Assembly: GCF_006345805.1 (NCBI RefSeq)
Contig: NC_043004.1
Location: 63,984,001-64,048,000, forward strand
DNA from: Octopus sinensis
Lineage: Eukaryota
Length of the DNA: 64,000 nt
Direction: 5' to 3'
Under the pieces are notes generated by a model that was not told where the DNA came from, made no database searches, and worked only from the letters and a program-made list of their open reading frames with translations. The translations under genes were made by a program, and so were the position numbers. Every line of letters starts with the position of its first letter. Positions within the stretch are counted from its first letter, which is position 1. Positions 1-11,889 of the stretch are shown here, one piece after another.

Positions 1-213
1 ATATATATATGTATCTATATGTATTTTATATATATTATGAAAATGCGTGAATATATATACATATTTAATCACATGCATGATTTATGCATATGTCGACAGA
101 CATATGCATGTTAACATAAAAGAACGATCGTGTGTGTGTGCATATATACATATATGAATAAATATACACATATTTCCATAGACATATCAGCTCACACATA
201 TGTATATAAATAT

Positions 214-271
<58 letters not shown>

Positions 272-686
272 TATACATATATGCACAGACATGCGCATAT
301 AAAGAAATATCCATATTTATAGAAATACTTATCACTAGATTTATCCATACGCATATAACACACACAAACACATATATAAACTCCAAAGGCAAAGCACAAC
401 CACTTGAAATTGCGCACATGCACCATACAAAAGAAAGCACTGAAGAATATATGCTCATGTGAGTGTGTCTGTGTGCGGGCGCGCGCGTGGGTACGTTTCT
501 ATTTATGTGAGAGTGAGAGAGAAAGAGGTAGAGTGGGTGTGGATATGAGTGTTATATACGTCTATGAGCCTGTGTAAATGTCTGCACAATCTCCTTGCGT
601 TATATCTGTGAATATTTCTATGTAAATATAAATGTAGATTGCACATACTAGAAGGAACATCACCCTGTCAGCTATTTCATAATGTA

Positions 687-1070
687 CTAGCATTATCGCC
701 CGGCGTTGCTCGGGTTTGTAAGGGAAATAACTATATAAGCATTTTTAGAGATGTAAAGTATAATAGCCATCTCAATATGGCTAACCACAAAGGTGAGTGT
801 TACTGTAGCTTTTTACGTTCTGAGATTTAATAATAAATCTTTAGAGAATTACTTCCATTATATATTCCAAAAATGGGAAAAATTGATGGTAAATTTTTTT
901 TTAAATCGTAGACTCATTGTAGACGCGCATTAATACCCTGAAGGGCTCGATATGAATCACGACTATAAGGTACCCGGTTTTGGTTAAACTGCACCGCAAA
1001 ATGTGGGAGTAGTTAAGAATCTAAATCGTAGGAGACAGACAGCACACAACCTCACTTTTATATATAAAGA
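687..1070 (-). mobile_element. Non-autonomous Helitron (~384 bp)
   Basis: The minus strand starts TCTTTATATATAAAAG (1070) and ends CTAG (687). A hairpin CCCGAGCAACGCCGGG lies ~8 nt before the end. It sits between host A and T with no TSD. Confidence 0.85.
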
Positions 1071-1509
1071 TTACGTGTAGGCGTTATTGTTGTTGATGCT
1101 GATGATGTTACGGTTCTCGCTGCTGCTGTTCCTGTTGTTGATGATGCTGTTATTAGGTATTGATACGTGTTTACCTAAATTGCGAGGATGATCCGGTGCT
1201 TGACTGAAGATAAAACGCTTCCAATGATCCGTCCGTGTTTTTTTTTTTTATCGTCTATCTGGATGTTTTGTTGTCCCCTTTTTCTAACACCTAGTTGTCC
1301 GGGATGTTTTGCGTTTTGTCCCATTTTGTACTTTATTTTACATATATATATATATTATATATATATAAAGTTAATCCAAACAAGAAAACAAAAAACAAAA
1401 ACACAACAACGCGAGGACGTGGAACAAATACAGTATTATTGGACGCTCAGGAAAGAAGGAACATATATATATATAATATATATATATATATATAATATAT
1501 ATATATACA

Positions 1510-1567
1510 TACATACATACAATACATACATACACATACATACATACATACATACAACATACATACA

Positions 1568-1598
<31 letters not shown>

Positions 1599-1700
1599 CA
1601 TACATACATACGCACATACATACATACATACATACATACACACATACATACATACACACACACATACATACATGCATACATACACATATACATATATATG
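1510..1700. repeat. (TACA)n/(TA)n microsatellite
   Basis: Seen directly; explains the HTYI and MYVC pseudo-ORFs. Confidence 0.95.
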
Positions 1701-2159
1701 TAAAACCTACATGCTCAGAAAAATAAGAAGGGGCCAGGATTTGGATAAGCAAAATTTTGGAGCGAAATGGCTAAATAAACAGTTGGTATCTAAGTCTTGA
1801 CTAACTCCTTTTTCTTAATATATATATATATATATCGAACAATTTATACACACACACACACACACGTATGTACATACACAGACACATGTCCATATACACA
1901 GACATGCACATATACGCACGCACATTGTGCTATCAACTGGGCTCTCAACTTCTTTGATACATAATAGATGTTTATAAGAAATATGTATATGTATATCTAT
2001 ATATATATATATACATACATATATATATATACACATACATGTATATATACATACATATATATATACATACATACACACATATATATATATATATATATAT
2101 AAAGTGAGAGAGAGAGAGATGTGTGTGTGTATGTATGCATGTATTTATGTGAGTTTGCG

Positions 2160-2348
2160 ATTGTACCCCTGCTGTAGCTTGACAACCGATGGTGGTGTGT
2201 TTATGTCCTTGTTAATTAGAAGTTCGGCAAAAGAGACCGATAAAATGAATACTAAGCTTAGAAAGAGTTCTTTGACTAAAACTCTACAATGCGGCGCTCC
2301 AGCATAGTCGCAGAAAAATTACTGAAACAAGTAAAAGAATAAAAGAAG

Positions 2349-2350
<2 letters not shown>
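2160..2350 (+). mobile_element. 3' half of CORE-like tRNA SINE (family A)
   Basis: caaccgatggtggtgtgtttatgtcc...cggcaaaagagaccgata...ggcgctccagcatagtcgcag...ctgaaacaagtaaaaga matches 62915-63080. Confidence 0.8.
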
Positions 2351-2396
<46 letters not shown>

Positions 2397-2401
<5 letters not shown>

Positions 2402-4211
2402 TACTATTCAAAACTATAAAGCCATACGTTTTTTTTTTAGGTTATTTTACTCTGAAATTTTATGAAATGTTTGTTATGAAATTTTGCTCTGTATTTTAGT
2501 GGACTAAGGGGTATAATCTGTTGTAAATGGGTATTACATGAACTTTGAAAAGTAAATCTTGTATCTTTATAATCTCATTACAACACTATTTCAATTTTCC
2601 CTATTATACCCACACTTTAAAACTATAAACCCACTAATACATTTTCATTTCTTTTTAGATTGTTTCGGAAAATATTCGGTGCAGTCGTAATATCCGTGAT
2701 CCAGTATGCCTAAAGCTACAAAGCTTTCCGAAATCGAGCAACGGAAGATTCTTGCACTGAAAGAGGAAGGACTGAGTAACCGGAAGATTGCCGGAAAGAT
2801 TCGGCGCGGCAGAACGCCAGTAGAGAATTTTCTGAAAGATCCCGACGCTAACAACAGGACCAGATAGCTACAACAGGGTTCGTGCTGATGGACATCCCAA
2901 AGTTACATCAAAAAGGAATGAAAGGGCCATTATCAGAGTTGTGAAGAAGTCACACTGCTCTCCTGTTTCCAAAATCGAGGCATCAGTAACAGTAGGAGCC
3001 CCGACTCGCACCGTAGCAAGAGTGATTTTGAACCATGGTCCACCTTAAGAGGCACTTAGGGCGTCCGTTATTGTCCCCTTCCCACAAAGCTGTTAGATTA
3101 GAGTTTGTTCGGCAGCATCAGGCGTGGTGTAATGAATGGACCAGGTGTCTCTTCTCTGATGAGAAAAAATTGGAATTTGATGGCACCGACGGTCATAAGT
3201 ATTACTAGGCAGACAAATATTTACAAACTTCTGCTTATTACAAGTGGCAGGACAGCGGGGGAGGACTTATGGTGTGAGGAGAAGTGTCTGTCAATGGGAA
3301 GTTGCTATTTGTCATTATGGAAGGCTGTTTCAATGCGTCACGGTACATTAGTATGTTGGACGGAGCTCACATTGACGAAAAGCGAAGAAGGTTCCATGGT
3401 GAGAATTTTATCTTTCAACAACAAGACAATACTCCTATTCATAAAGCAAAGGCAACTTTGGATTTCTCCCATGCAATTGGCGTTCCATGCAATTGGCGTT
3501 CATGCCATGACCAGCGAGAAGTTCCACCTTAATTCTATAGGGAATACCTATTTCTTTATTACCCACAAGGGGCTAAACACAGAGAGGACAAACAAGGACA
3601 GATATAGGTATTAAGTCGATTACATCGACCCCAGTGCGTAACTGGTACTTAATTTATCGACCCCGAAAGGGTGAAAGGCAAAGTCGACCTCGGCGGAATT
3701 TGAACTCACAACGTAACGGCAGACAAAATACCTATTTCTTTATTACCCACAAGGGGCTAAACACAGAGGGGACAAACAAGGACAGACATAGGTATTAAGT
3801 CGATTACACATCGACCCCAGTGCGTAACTGGTACTTAATTTATCGACCCCGAAAGGATGAAAGGCAAAGTCGACCTCGGCGGAATTTGAACTCACAACGT
3901 AACGCAGACAAAATACCGCTAAGCATTTCGCCCGGCGTACTAACGGTTCTGCCAGCTCGCCTCTATAGGGAATACCTCACGTTGTGTACAGCGAAGGCAA
4001 GCAGTATTCATTTGTTGATGAACTTGGAAGGGCAATGAAGAAAGTCTAGGAAGAACTTCCACTTGAGTGTCTTTGAAATAATTCAGAAAGGTGGTGGTCA
4101 AACACACTATTGTTGATGTATTGCATAAGAATATCATTATATCATAATTTCCGTTTGCATCATTCTTGCAACATTATTCGACCTAGCGTTATAGTTTTGT
4201 ACAGGTGGTTT
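2397..4211 (+). mobile_element. Decayed Tc3-like Tc1/mariner transposon interrupted by a SINE dimer
   Basis: ATG at 2706 gives MPKATKLSEIEQRKILALKEEGLSNRKIAGKIRRGRTPVENFLKDP (Tc3-type HTH). Also present: FSDEKK-like, FIFQQQDNTPIH, a frameshifted PARS..LNSIGN motif, VYSEGKQY and EIIQKGGGQTHY. Degenerate TIRs are caaaactataaagc (~2409) and gcgttatagttttg (~4186). Confidence 0.85.
3550..3961 (-). mobile_element. Meta-domain-like tRNA SINE (family B), tandem dimer
   Basis: Head ggcgagctggcag at 3960. The body gcctttcatcctttcggggtcgataaattaagtaccag occurs twice. A direct repeat TCTATAGGGAATACCT flanks it at 3534-3549 and 3962-3977. Confidence 0.9.
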
Positions 4212-4779
4212 CGAAATCTTTTTTTTTAATTATTATCTAATTATCGATGCGTTAATTAAGCATGAGGATGCATGCTTTGGCGACCAAACTCAAACGCTTT
4301 TCACAATTACGTTTCGTGACTCGGTTTCCGTTACTGACCACAAGTTTTGTTCATAAAATTCCATTTTACCTATCACTTTTACTTCGGTTGCCCGGCTATA
4401 TTTTTGCCTATCAACTCATAAATTAACACTTACTTAAAGCATCTTCTGCAGTTTAACACCAATTTTTTGCGTAAAAATGGTCTTTTTGTGCTCGATATCA
4501 GTTCAAGGTTTGATTAACCAAAGTATTAATTAGAGAATTTGTAGTTCAGCATCATTTTTTGAGTAAAAAATAGACGTTTTCGTGTTTGAAATCACTTTTT
4601 GATTACTGCTTCTTTTGAGCAGCCAACGTTTTTTGTTTTCACCAACCTACAAGCACAGTAAACAGTTTTTGTGCTTGAAACCTGTCTAGGTTTTTTTGAA
4701 TTATTATCTAATTTATTATTTTTTTAAATTTCAATAAATTTGAATATAGCAATGCCTTTTTCTATTCCATTTCCTATCC

Positions 4780-5650
4780 AGGGGTGAGTTTCATGAATTT
4801 AGGTAGTTAAGCAGGCTACACAGGAGATTAATTGCTGATGAAACTGATTTTTCTGGATATGCATATGTAACAGGAGTTTATTTCTAGTAATGAAAAATTA
4901 GCATCAGGCTTTAAAGCTTCTAAACGCGTTTTTAAGAGAAAATACCGCCGATGTCATGAAAATAAAAGCTATTAATTACGTATCGCTCAGAAAATCTAAG
5001 CCCGTTGAAGAGCTACACTAATATAAAGTTGATACTGATGTATGTGCTTGGCATTTTCCAACAAAGCATTGGAATATTACATAATGCACCAATGCACCAA
5101 GTGAACATAAAAGAACTTTGTGTGTAAATCCAATATTCCCCCAAGAAAACAGCCTTTTTTCCTGGGTTAGTTGACTAAAAATTTTGTGGTAAAGATCAAC
5201 ACGTATTACCTGAGAAGAACTTTGGAAAAATTCGTAAAAGCAAATAATGGGGAGAATAACATTTTCCAGAAGATTCTAACTTTCAGCAAGAGATTTCCGG
5301 AAAAAAGATAAACATGACAGCTGCTGTGTATAATATAGCCGAGTCATAGAAGGAAAAGAAATTCTCGTCTATGATTTGTGTTTGGAAGAAACATATGTCA
5401 AAGTTGTTCCCGCAACTACAGGTTTCTTTCAAAAGTGAATCTATATCAAGTTCTGGAAGATACTGGGACACTGACAATTAATGGGTGGCTTACAGGTGTG
5501 ATTTAGCTATTAAAGTCGCATAGAAAAATTTTGTCAGAGGAGAATCTGGTAATGTTAGAACGACAGTGAGCTGTAGAGACAACAATATTGATACTCCACA
5601 CCAAAAAGAATACGGCTAACATGTTTGCACGTGTAGAGAAAATTTGCAGA
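4780..5650 (+). pseudogene. Possible highly decayed Mutator-like (MULE) transposase
   Basis: Frame-hopping fragments ETDFSGYAYVTGVYF, LITYRSE (ITDR-like) and CAWHF (CxxH motif) appear in MULE order, with many stops. Confidence 0.3.
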
Positions 5651-6549
5651 TCTTTTCCAACCAACCATATTGCTAGGATTTGGCATAAAACTTACAAGAG
5701 AAATTCGTAATGAGCTAAATTCCTGTATAAAGAGATGGGTACAGCAAGCATCAAAGAATTGCGCATAAGGTCTTTGCCACTAAAGCATATGTTGACAATG
5801 ACGGTGACGATGACGACTATGATGATATCGAGTAGGAGGAGGAGGAGGAGCGGAAAAGGAGGAGGTGGAGCGGAGGGGGGGCGGAGGAGGAGGTGGAGCG
5901 GAGGAGAAGTGGAGCGGAAGAGGAGGTGGGGAGGAGAAGAAGGAAGATATACTGATGATAAGATAGTGTCCCACTTCCTCCCAATAACTAGAACTGCACC
6001 AACAAAAACAATAAGTGGAGTAAATATTGATGATATATAATTGACTTCGAGTTTCGCTTTTAAAAGCTTACTCAACTATAAAATGCTATTAAAACGAAAC
6101 TCGAATCCCCAGTCAATTTGATAATATATATGACGTCTGCGAAGAAATTAAAGAGAGAGAGAGACACAGAGAGACAGAGAGATAGACCGACAGAGAGTCA
6201 GAGAGAGAAACAGAAAGAGAAACAAAGAGAGAGACGGTGCGCGCGCGCGCGCGTGTGTGAAAGAGAGACAAAAGGCTGAATCACCTGTTGTCTTCTTGCA
6301 GATGAAGAGACTAGAAACAATTCAGAACGCGCAATGTCAGAACGCGCAATGTCAGAACGCGCAACCCAGACCAGAAACAGAACGCTCGATTTTGTGATCA
6401 TAAGTCAACACTTTAACCACTAGGCCAAACAGATTCTCAGACGGCGGAATACTGCCTGTCATTCATAGTCAAAGAAGGCGCTAGACCGATCTGATTGATA
6501 TACAAAGTTGAAATTTGAATCGGTCCTATACACGGATCTATTCAGCTGC

Positions 6550-6925
6550 AAGCGTAGCTTCATGGTTAAGTATCTCAAATTCCAGTTAAGCAGTTTCGAG
6601 TTTTATCCCACGGCGTGAGACTTTAAGCGAATGTCTTTTTTATACTATAGACCCGAGCCCACCAATAGCACATGAGCTAATTTGTTAGAGAGAAACTCTG
6701 TGGCGCACCTTTGTAAATAAAAATATATGTATGTATGTGTGTCTGCGTGTCTTTGTATTTGAGAAACGGACTTAGTTTATTTAGGTCCTTGCGACTTAAC
6801 GGTTTGGCACCAGAGATCAATAGAATAAGTACTGGTGTAGGTCTATTTGACTAAACCCTTCAACACGGTGCCCCAGGATGGCCATTGTCTAATGACTAAA
6901 ACAGGTAAAAGATGAAAAATAAAGA
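6550..6925 (+). mobile_element. Decayed SINE family A
   Basis: Degenerate tRNA head, central microsatellite, and tail cggtgccccaggatggccattgtctaatgactaaaacagg. Confidence 0.65.
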
Positions 6926-7059
6926 ATAATTCAGCAATATTCGTCCTTTAAACAGGTACAGGTAGAATGCTTTCACAATTCTGCGACATACTTGGAACAG
7001 GCCCGGCTGACAAGCCTACGCAAGGAATCTTTTCTTATTGTCATTCGATATTGTTACAA

Positions 7060-7235
7060 TATCACACTTCTTCAGATCACACCCTCATGAAATCGTCTTT
7101 AAAAATAAAGAGAACATATTGGACAATTGTACAGATACTAGATACGTAAAATGCGGAGATGGTTACGGTAGGAAAGCCTTTGACTTAAGACAAGGTCAAT
7201 AAGAGTCCACTCTGAGCTGACAAACAACAACAATA
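7060..7235 (+). repeat. (CAA)-tailed short interspersed repeat (family D)
   Basis: atcacaccct...attggacaattgt...gatggttacggtaggaaagcctttga...gctgacaaacaacaac is the reverse complement of copies at 25230-25800 and 42790-42975. Confidence 0.55.
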
Positions 7236-7330
7236 ATGATAATTATCATAGTGAGTTCTAACAATGGCTTAAGGCCAATACACTTTGGGGAAAGAAATGT
7301 CGCAGATGATAGCGATTCCTGTACTTGAAT

Positions 7331-7412
<82 letters not shown>

Positions 7413-7413
7413 C

Positions 7414-7469
<56 letters not shown>

Positions 7470-7471
<2 letters not shown>

Positions 7472-8315
7472 TAAACAAGAAATGAACACAAAGAAAAGCA
7501 TGAAAGGAAAAGAAAATGTACGATCAGTGTGCAAGAGATGTAAACGCCAAAACAGATACGGAGGACCCCTAGCTATGGATGAGGAGAAGTGACCTGAAGA
7601 TAGAGACAGAAGCACTCATATGCGCAGCTCGGGAGCAAGCGTTAAGGATCAACTATATGAAATTCAGAATAGACAACACTACTTGCTACCGAATGCAACA
7701 ATGCAGAATGTGTGGTGAGAGGGGTGAAACGGTGTGACTCATCGTTACCGAAAGCCCGAAGTTGCCAAAACGTGAATACAATAGATGCCATGACAATGTG
7801 GCAAGAATGATCAATTGGGAGCTCTGTGGAAATAACGGCCTACAAAGAGTGAAGACGTAGTATGAAAAAACTCCAGAAGGAGTCAATGAAAATGGCCAGA
7901 CATCGGGAACTGGACATTGTTGTGGTGAATAATAAAGAATGAGCATGTATTGATAATCGATATAACATGCCCCGGCAACAACAGGATCAATGTGAAGGAA
8001 GAAGAAAAAGTAAACAACTATGAGGATTTGAAGTGGGAAATACGATGGTTGTGGTCAATGAAAAGAGTAGACGTGATTCCGATAGTAATTGGTGCACTTG
8101 GATGTATCAGCATTCAATTACCAACATGGCTGAAAAAGATCGCTGCAAGTGTGAAGGTACAACACCTACAAACTCAGCATTTTTGGAATTGCAGCAATTC
8201 TACGCAGGATTCTTGAAGCATGACCAGTAAACAAGAGATACCTTATATTGCTGGGCGAGGACAGCTTACACTTTCCATCATACCCAGTAAAATAAGCAGT
8301 GTATTTTCAAATACT
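7470..8315 (+). mobile_element. 5'-truncated RLE non-LTR retrotransposon (R4/Dong-like)
   Basis: KIETEALICAAREQALR, Zn knuckle CRMCGERGETV, RCHDNVARMINWELC, IIDITCP...EEKVNNYEDLKWEI and IPIVIGALG. Flanked by (TAA)n. Confidence 0.9.
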
Positions 8316-8323
8316 ACTACTAC

Positions 8324-8365
<42 letters not shown>

Positions 8366-8402
8366 TAATAATAATAATCATAATAATAATAATAATAATA
8401 AT

Positions 8403-8841
8403 ATCTGCTCAATACCACAGATTTGCTTGTCAGTTGTTTGACCTTAACCAGTTGAGCATGTCCCTTAGTGGCTGACGATATTGCATCTCTGATCACGAGC
8501 AGAAGTAGTGGGGGAGCATCATAGCCATGTGTTGAGAGGGATTCTTGGGGTTTGATAGTTCACCTCTGGAACATGGGTGGTTCTTTCAACATCCTTAAAC
8601 AACCCTTATTCAGGGACCGTTTGAGCGGGATGGGCTACTCAACCTGAAGAAAATTCTAACTGGGCCCCACCTGCAAGGTCATGTGCTGTTTATCTTGATA
8701 TGAGATCACCATGTCGCGCACATATGGTTGTGATGCATGTGCCTGGTGTACCTTTATCAGACGGGTAGTCATGATGGGTATATTGGGCTTCGTATATTTT
8801 ACCCCAGTGTCATTTTGATGGCATGAACTGCTCTCTCACTC
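8403..8841 (+). mobile_element. TAA-embedded non-coding retroposon-like repeat (family E), left-truncated copy
   Basis: Near-identical to 15262-15701, with the same 3' end ctgctctctcactc(aat)n. Confidence 0.85.
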
Positions 8842-8879
8842 AATAATAATAATATAATAATAATAATAATACTAATGAC

Positions 8880-8927
<48 letters not shown>

Positions 8928-8929
<2 letters not shown>

Positions 8930-9235
8930 GACCCTGGTCGCTATACTGGCAGCACAGAACCAACCTCTAGCCACGGACTGGAGGATCAACCGGACGAATG
9001 AGCATGTGTCTCTGCTGTGCCGCATCTGCAACAGAGTGGATGGAACCATTGCCTATTTCACGAACGAATACCCTTGAGTTGCCCCAAACCACTACAAGTT
9101 TTGGCGATACGACCAGATAGCAAAAGCACTACATTGGAAACTGTGCGAAAAGTTGGGGCTAGAGAGAGACAAGATGTGGTATGAGCACAAACCGCAAAGA
9201 ATGGCAAAGCAGGAGACTAGCAAAATTCTCAAGAA
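8928..9235 (+). mobile_element. RLE LINE fragment (Zn-knuckle region)
   Basis: AILAAQNQPLAT, CRICNRVDGTI, RYDQIAKALHWKLCEKLGLERDKMWYEHKP. Confidence 0.8.
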
Positions 9236-9239
9236 GAAT

Positions 9240-9655
9240 CCTTTCTACTATAGGTACAAGACTTGAAATTTGGCGGGAGGAGTTAAGTCGATTATATCGA
9301 CTGGTACTTCATTTATCGACTCCGAAAGGATGAGAGACAAAGTCGACCTCGGCGAAATTTGAACTCAGAACGTAAAGATGGCCGAAATACCTATTTCTTT
9401 ATTATCCACAAGGGGCTAAACACAGAGGGGACAAACAAGGACAGACATATGTATTAAGTCGATTACATCGACCCCAGTGCGTAACTAGTACTTAATTTAT
9501 TGACCCCGAAAGGATGAAAGGCAAAGTCGACCTCGGCGGAATTTGAACTCACAACGTAACGCAGACAAAATACCGCTAAGCATTTCGCCCGACGTGCTAA
9601 CGTTTCTGCCAGCTCGTCGCCTTAACATACCGTTAAGCATTTTACCCGGCGGAGG
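9240..9655 (-). mobile_element. SINE B nested inside an older SINE B
   Basis: A young copy (~9390-9623) splits an older copy at gaaatacc. The older copy resumes as ataccgttaagcattttacccggcg at ~9627. Confidence 0.8.
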
Positions 9656-9679
9656 ATGGATGAGCTAAAGGATATTGAC

Positions 9680-10460
9680 ACGTAAAAGAAAATTTGTCCA
9701 GAGACTATTTACAGAATTTGAAAAACCCACAAATATAAACTGGAAAATGTAGAATAGAAGAATATAAAACTTGGAGTTTTTTCCAAAATATAAAACTCAG
9801 AGTTTTTCCCAAAATGCAAAACAGATCAATGATGATAAAGAGAGCTGGCTTTGGTTTAAAGAAAGAAATGTTGAAGTGACTGTCGTAATGATTTCGACAA
9901 CACAGGAACAGGGCCTAAGAGTAAATAGGATAAGAAGGATAAAGTTTACCAAATTATAGAATGTGGAATGACTCAGTTGAGGCTCTAACTTATATTGCAT
10001 CGAAATTTTTACTGCTATCTCCGAAGAAATATAAAAACTGTAAACATAATTAAACTGCTGCAATAATTCTCAAGAAATTCAGCAACAAATATGGCGTCGC
10101 ATGGATGGAAGGACTGACTAAAACGCACAAGAAAACGCTGACATCATGTTGTTATGGGACGCTCCTTTACAAATCGAAATATAAATAGAACAGATCAGTC
10201 TAGATATTTTAAAGAATGATATGATGAATATATATATTGTAATCAACGTGGTATCCTCATTTGATAAAAGAATAACAAGAAAAAAACTGGAAAGAAAAAT
10301 CAAAGTATTTTCAAGTTTGAGAACCTCCAATATAGTAAGAAAAAAGTTAAGTAATGATCTTCGAAAATTTGATATTAATCTGAGAGTGGAAGCAGTGCAG
10401 AAAGATGCCTACTAGGCGCAGCAAGAATTATCTTGAAAGTTTTTAATGCGAAATAAGAAT
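9680..10460 (+). mobile_element. Decayed RLE LINE 3' fragment
   Basis: KESWLWFK, TTQEQGLR, LLWDAPLQ, VINVVSSFDKRI, LRVEAVQK. Confidence 0.7.
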
Positions 10461-10779
10461 AGATATGAAAAGCAGAAGAATAAAGCTGTTATATGGTAAA
10501 AGTATGTGTGTGTGTGAGTCTTTGAGTATTTCAAAAAGCAATATAGAAATAACAAGGATTGTTCCTAAAATAATGACAAAATGCGTAGGATACCCAGCAC
10601 ACAAATTTTGATTATTCCGACAGAATCAAAGTCAAATGCTTTCTTCCAGTTCTTACCTCGGACCTACAAATGCTTACCTAGATATATGCATATTTAGAAT
10701 ATATCCAATAAAACACAGTAGTTCCACAATTGTCAGTCAATAGTCATATTATATCAGCCCCGTATAGAAACTTTAAAAA

Positions 10780-11000
10780 TATTAGTACCTAGCCATGAAG
10801 TGATTGTAGATGACAAAATATAAGTACATAGAGATGAAGAGACTGTAGAAGACAAAGGCGACAATTGTTCCAGTGGTAATGGCTATATTTGACACAACAT
10901 GCAAACTGTTACCTAAGAAGCTGAAGGATATTGAAATTGCAGCACAAAATAGAATTTGATTGATATATAATACTGATAATTGCTTCAAATTTTGGTAAAA
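10780..11000 (+). mobile_element. RLE LINE C-terminal fragment
   Basis: IEMKRL*KTKATIVPVVMA resembles the EI.RLW...IVPVVIGALG end of the RLE domain. Confidence 0.5.
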
Positions 11001-11094
11001 GGGCTGCAGATTTCAGGGTAGGGATACAATCGATTAAATTGAGTGCAGTACTTGCCTGGTGCTTTATTTCATCGACCAGGAGAGAACAAAGAGG

Positions 11095-11210
11095 AAAGGG
11101 AAGAAGAAGAAGAAGAAGAAGAAGAAGAAGAAGAAGAAGAAGAAGAAGAAGAAAAGAAGAAGAAGAAGAAGTGAAAGAAGAAGAAGAAGAAGAGGAGGAA
11201 GTGAAAGAAG

Positions 11211-11241
<31 letters not shown>

Positions 11242-11350
11242 GAAAGAAGAAGAAGAAGAAGAAGAAAAAGAAGAAGAAGGAGGAGAAGAAGAAGAAAAGA
11301 AGAAGAAGAAGAACAACAACAACAACAACAACAACAACAACTGTAACAAC
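11095..11350. repeat. (GAA)n/(CAA)n microsatellite
   Basis: Seen directly. Confidence 0.95.
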
Positions 11351-11399
11351 AACTGATCAACAACATCATCAACACCAGCAACATCAACACCAACGACAA

Positions 11400-11735
11400 A
11401 ATACTCTGACATCAAGTATGAAAATCTGAAATGGAACAAAATCTTTATGAAATCAAGATCATGTTTCTACCAATTATCATCGCGGCTTTGGGAAATGAGG
11501 CAGATAATTTGGGAGTAAATCTTGGAAAAATGAATCTTAATCTGGGAGTGGGTGCAGTACGGAAACACTTGTTATTTGATTAAGACTTTTCCAGAAAGTT
11601 CTCACTACAAAGTATGAACAGACGTGAAGAACCTAATAGGACTTGAATAGGAGTAGGTAGGGGAAATGCTTGTTATCTTAGACTACGACTTGTAGCACGA
11701 CAGAGAACATAATTAAAATCGTTTCCAAAATCAAT
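11400..11735 (+). mobile_element. RLE LINE 3' end
   Basis: KYENLK..., LPIIIAALG, followed by (CAA/TAA)n. Confidence 0.6.
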
Positions 11736-11810
11736 AACAACAACAACAACAACTACAACTACAACAATTACAATAATAATAATAACAATAATAATAATAA
11801 TAATAATAAC

Positions 11811-11886
<76 letters not shown>

Positions 11887-11889
11887 TTT

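Noticed and set aside
1195-1230. Hammerhead at CTGAAGATAAAAC
   Set aside because: No stem II or GAAA; CTGANGA hits at ~4835, 16548, 31324 and 46624 fail similarly.
6322-6364. 3 x 15-bp repeat TCAGAACGCGCAATG
   Set aside because: Simple slippage within a decayed SINE-like head.
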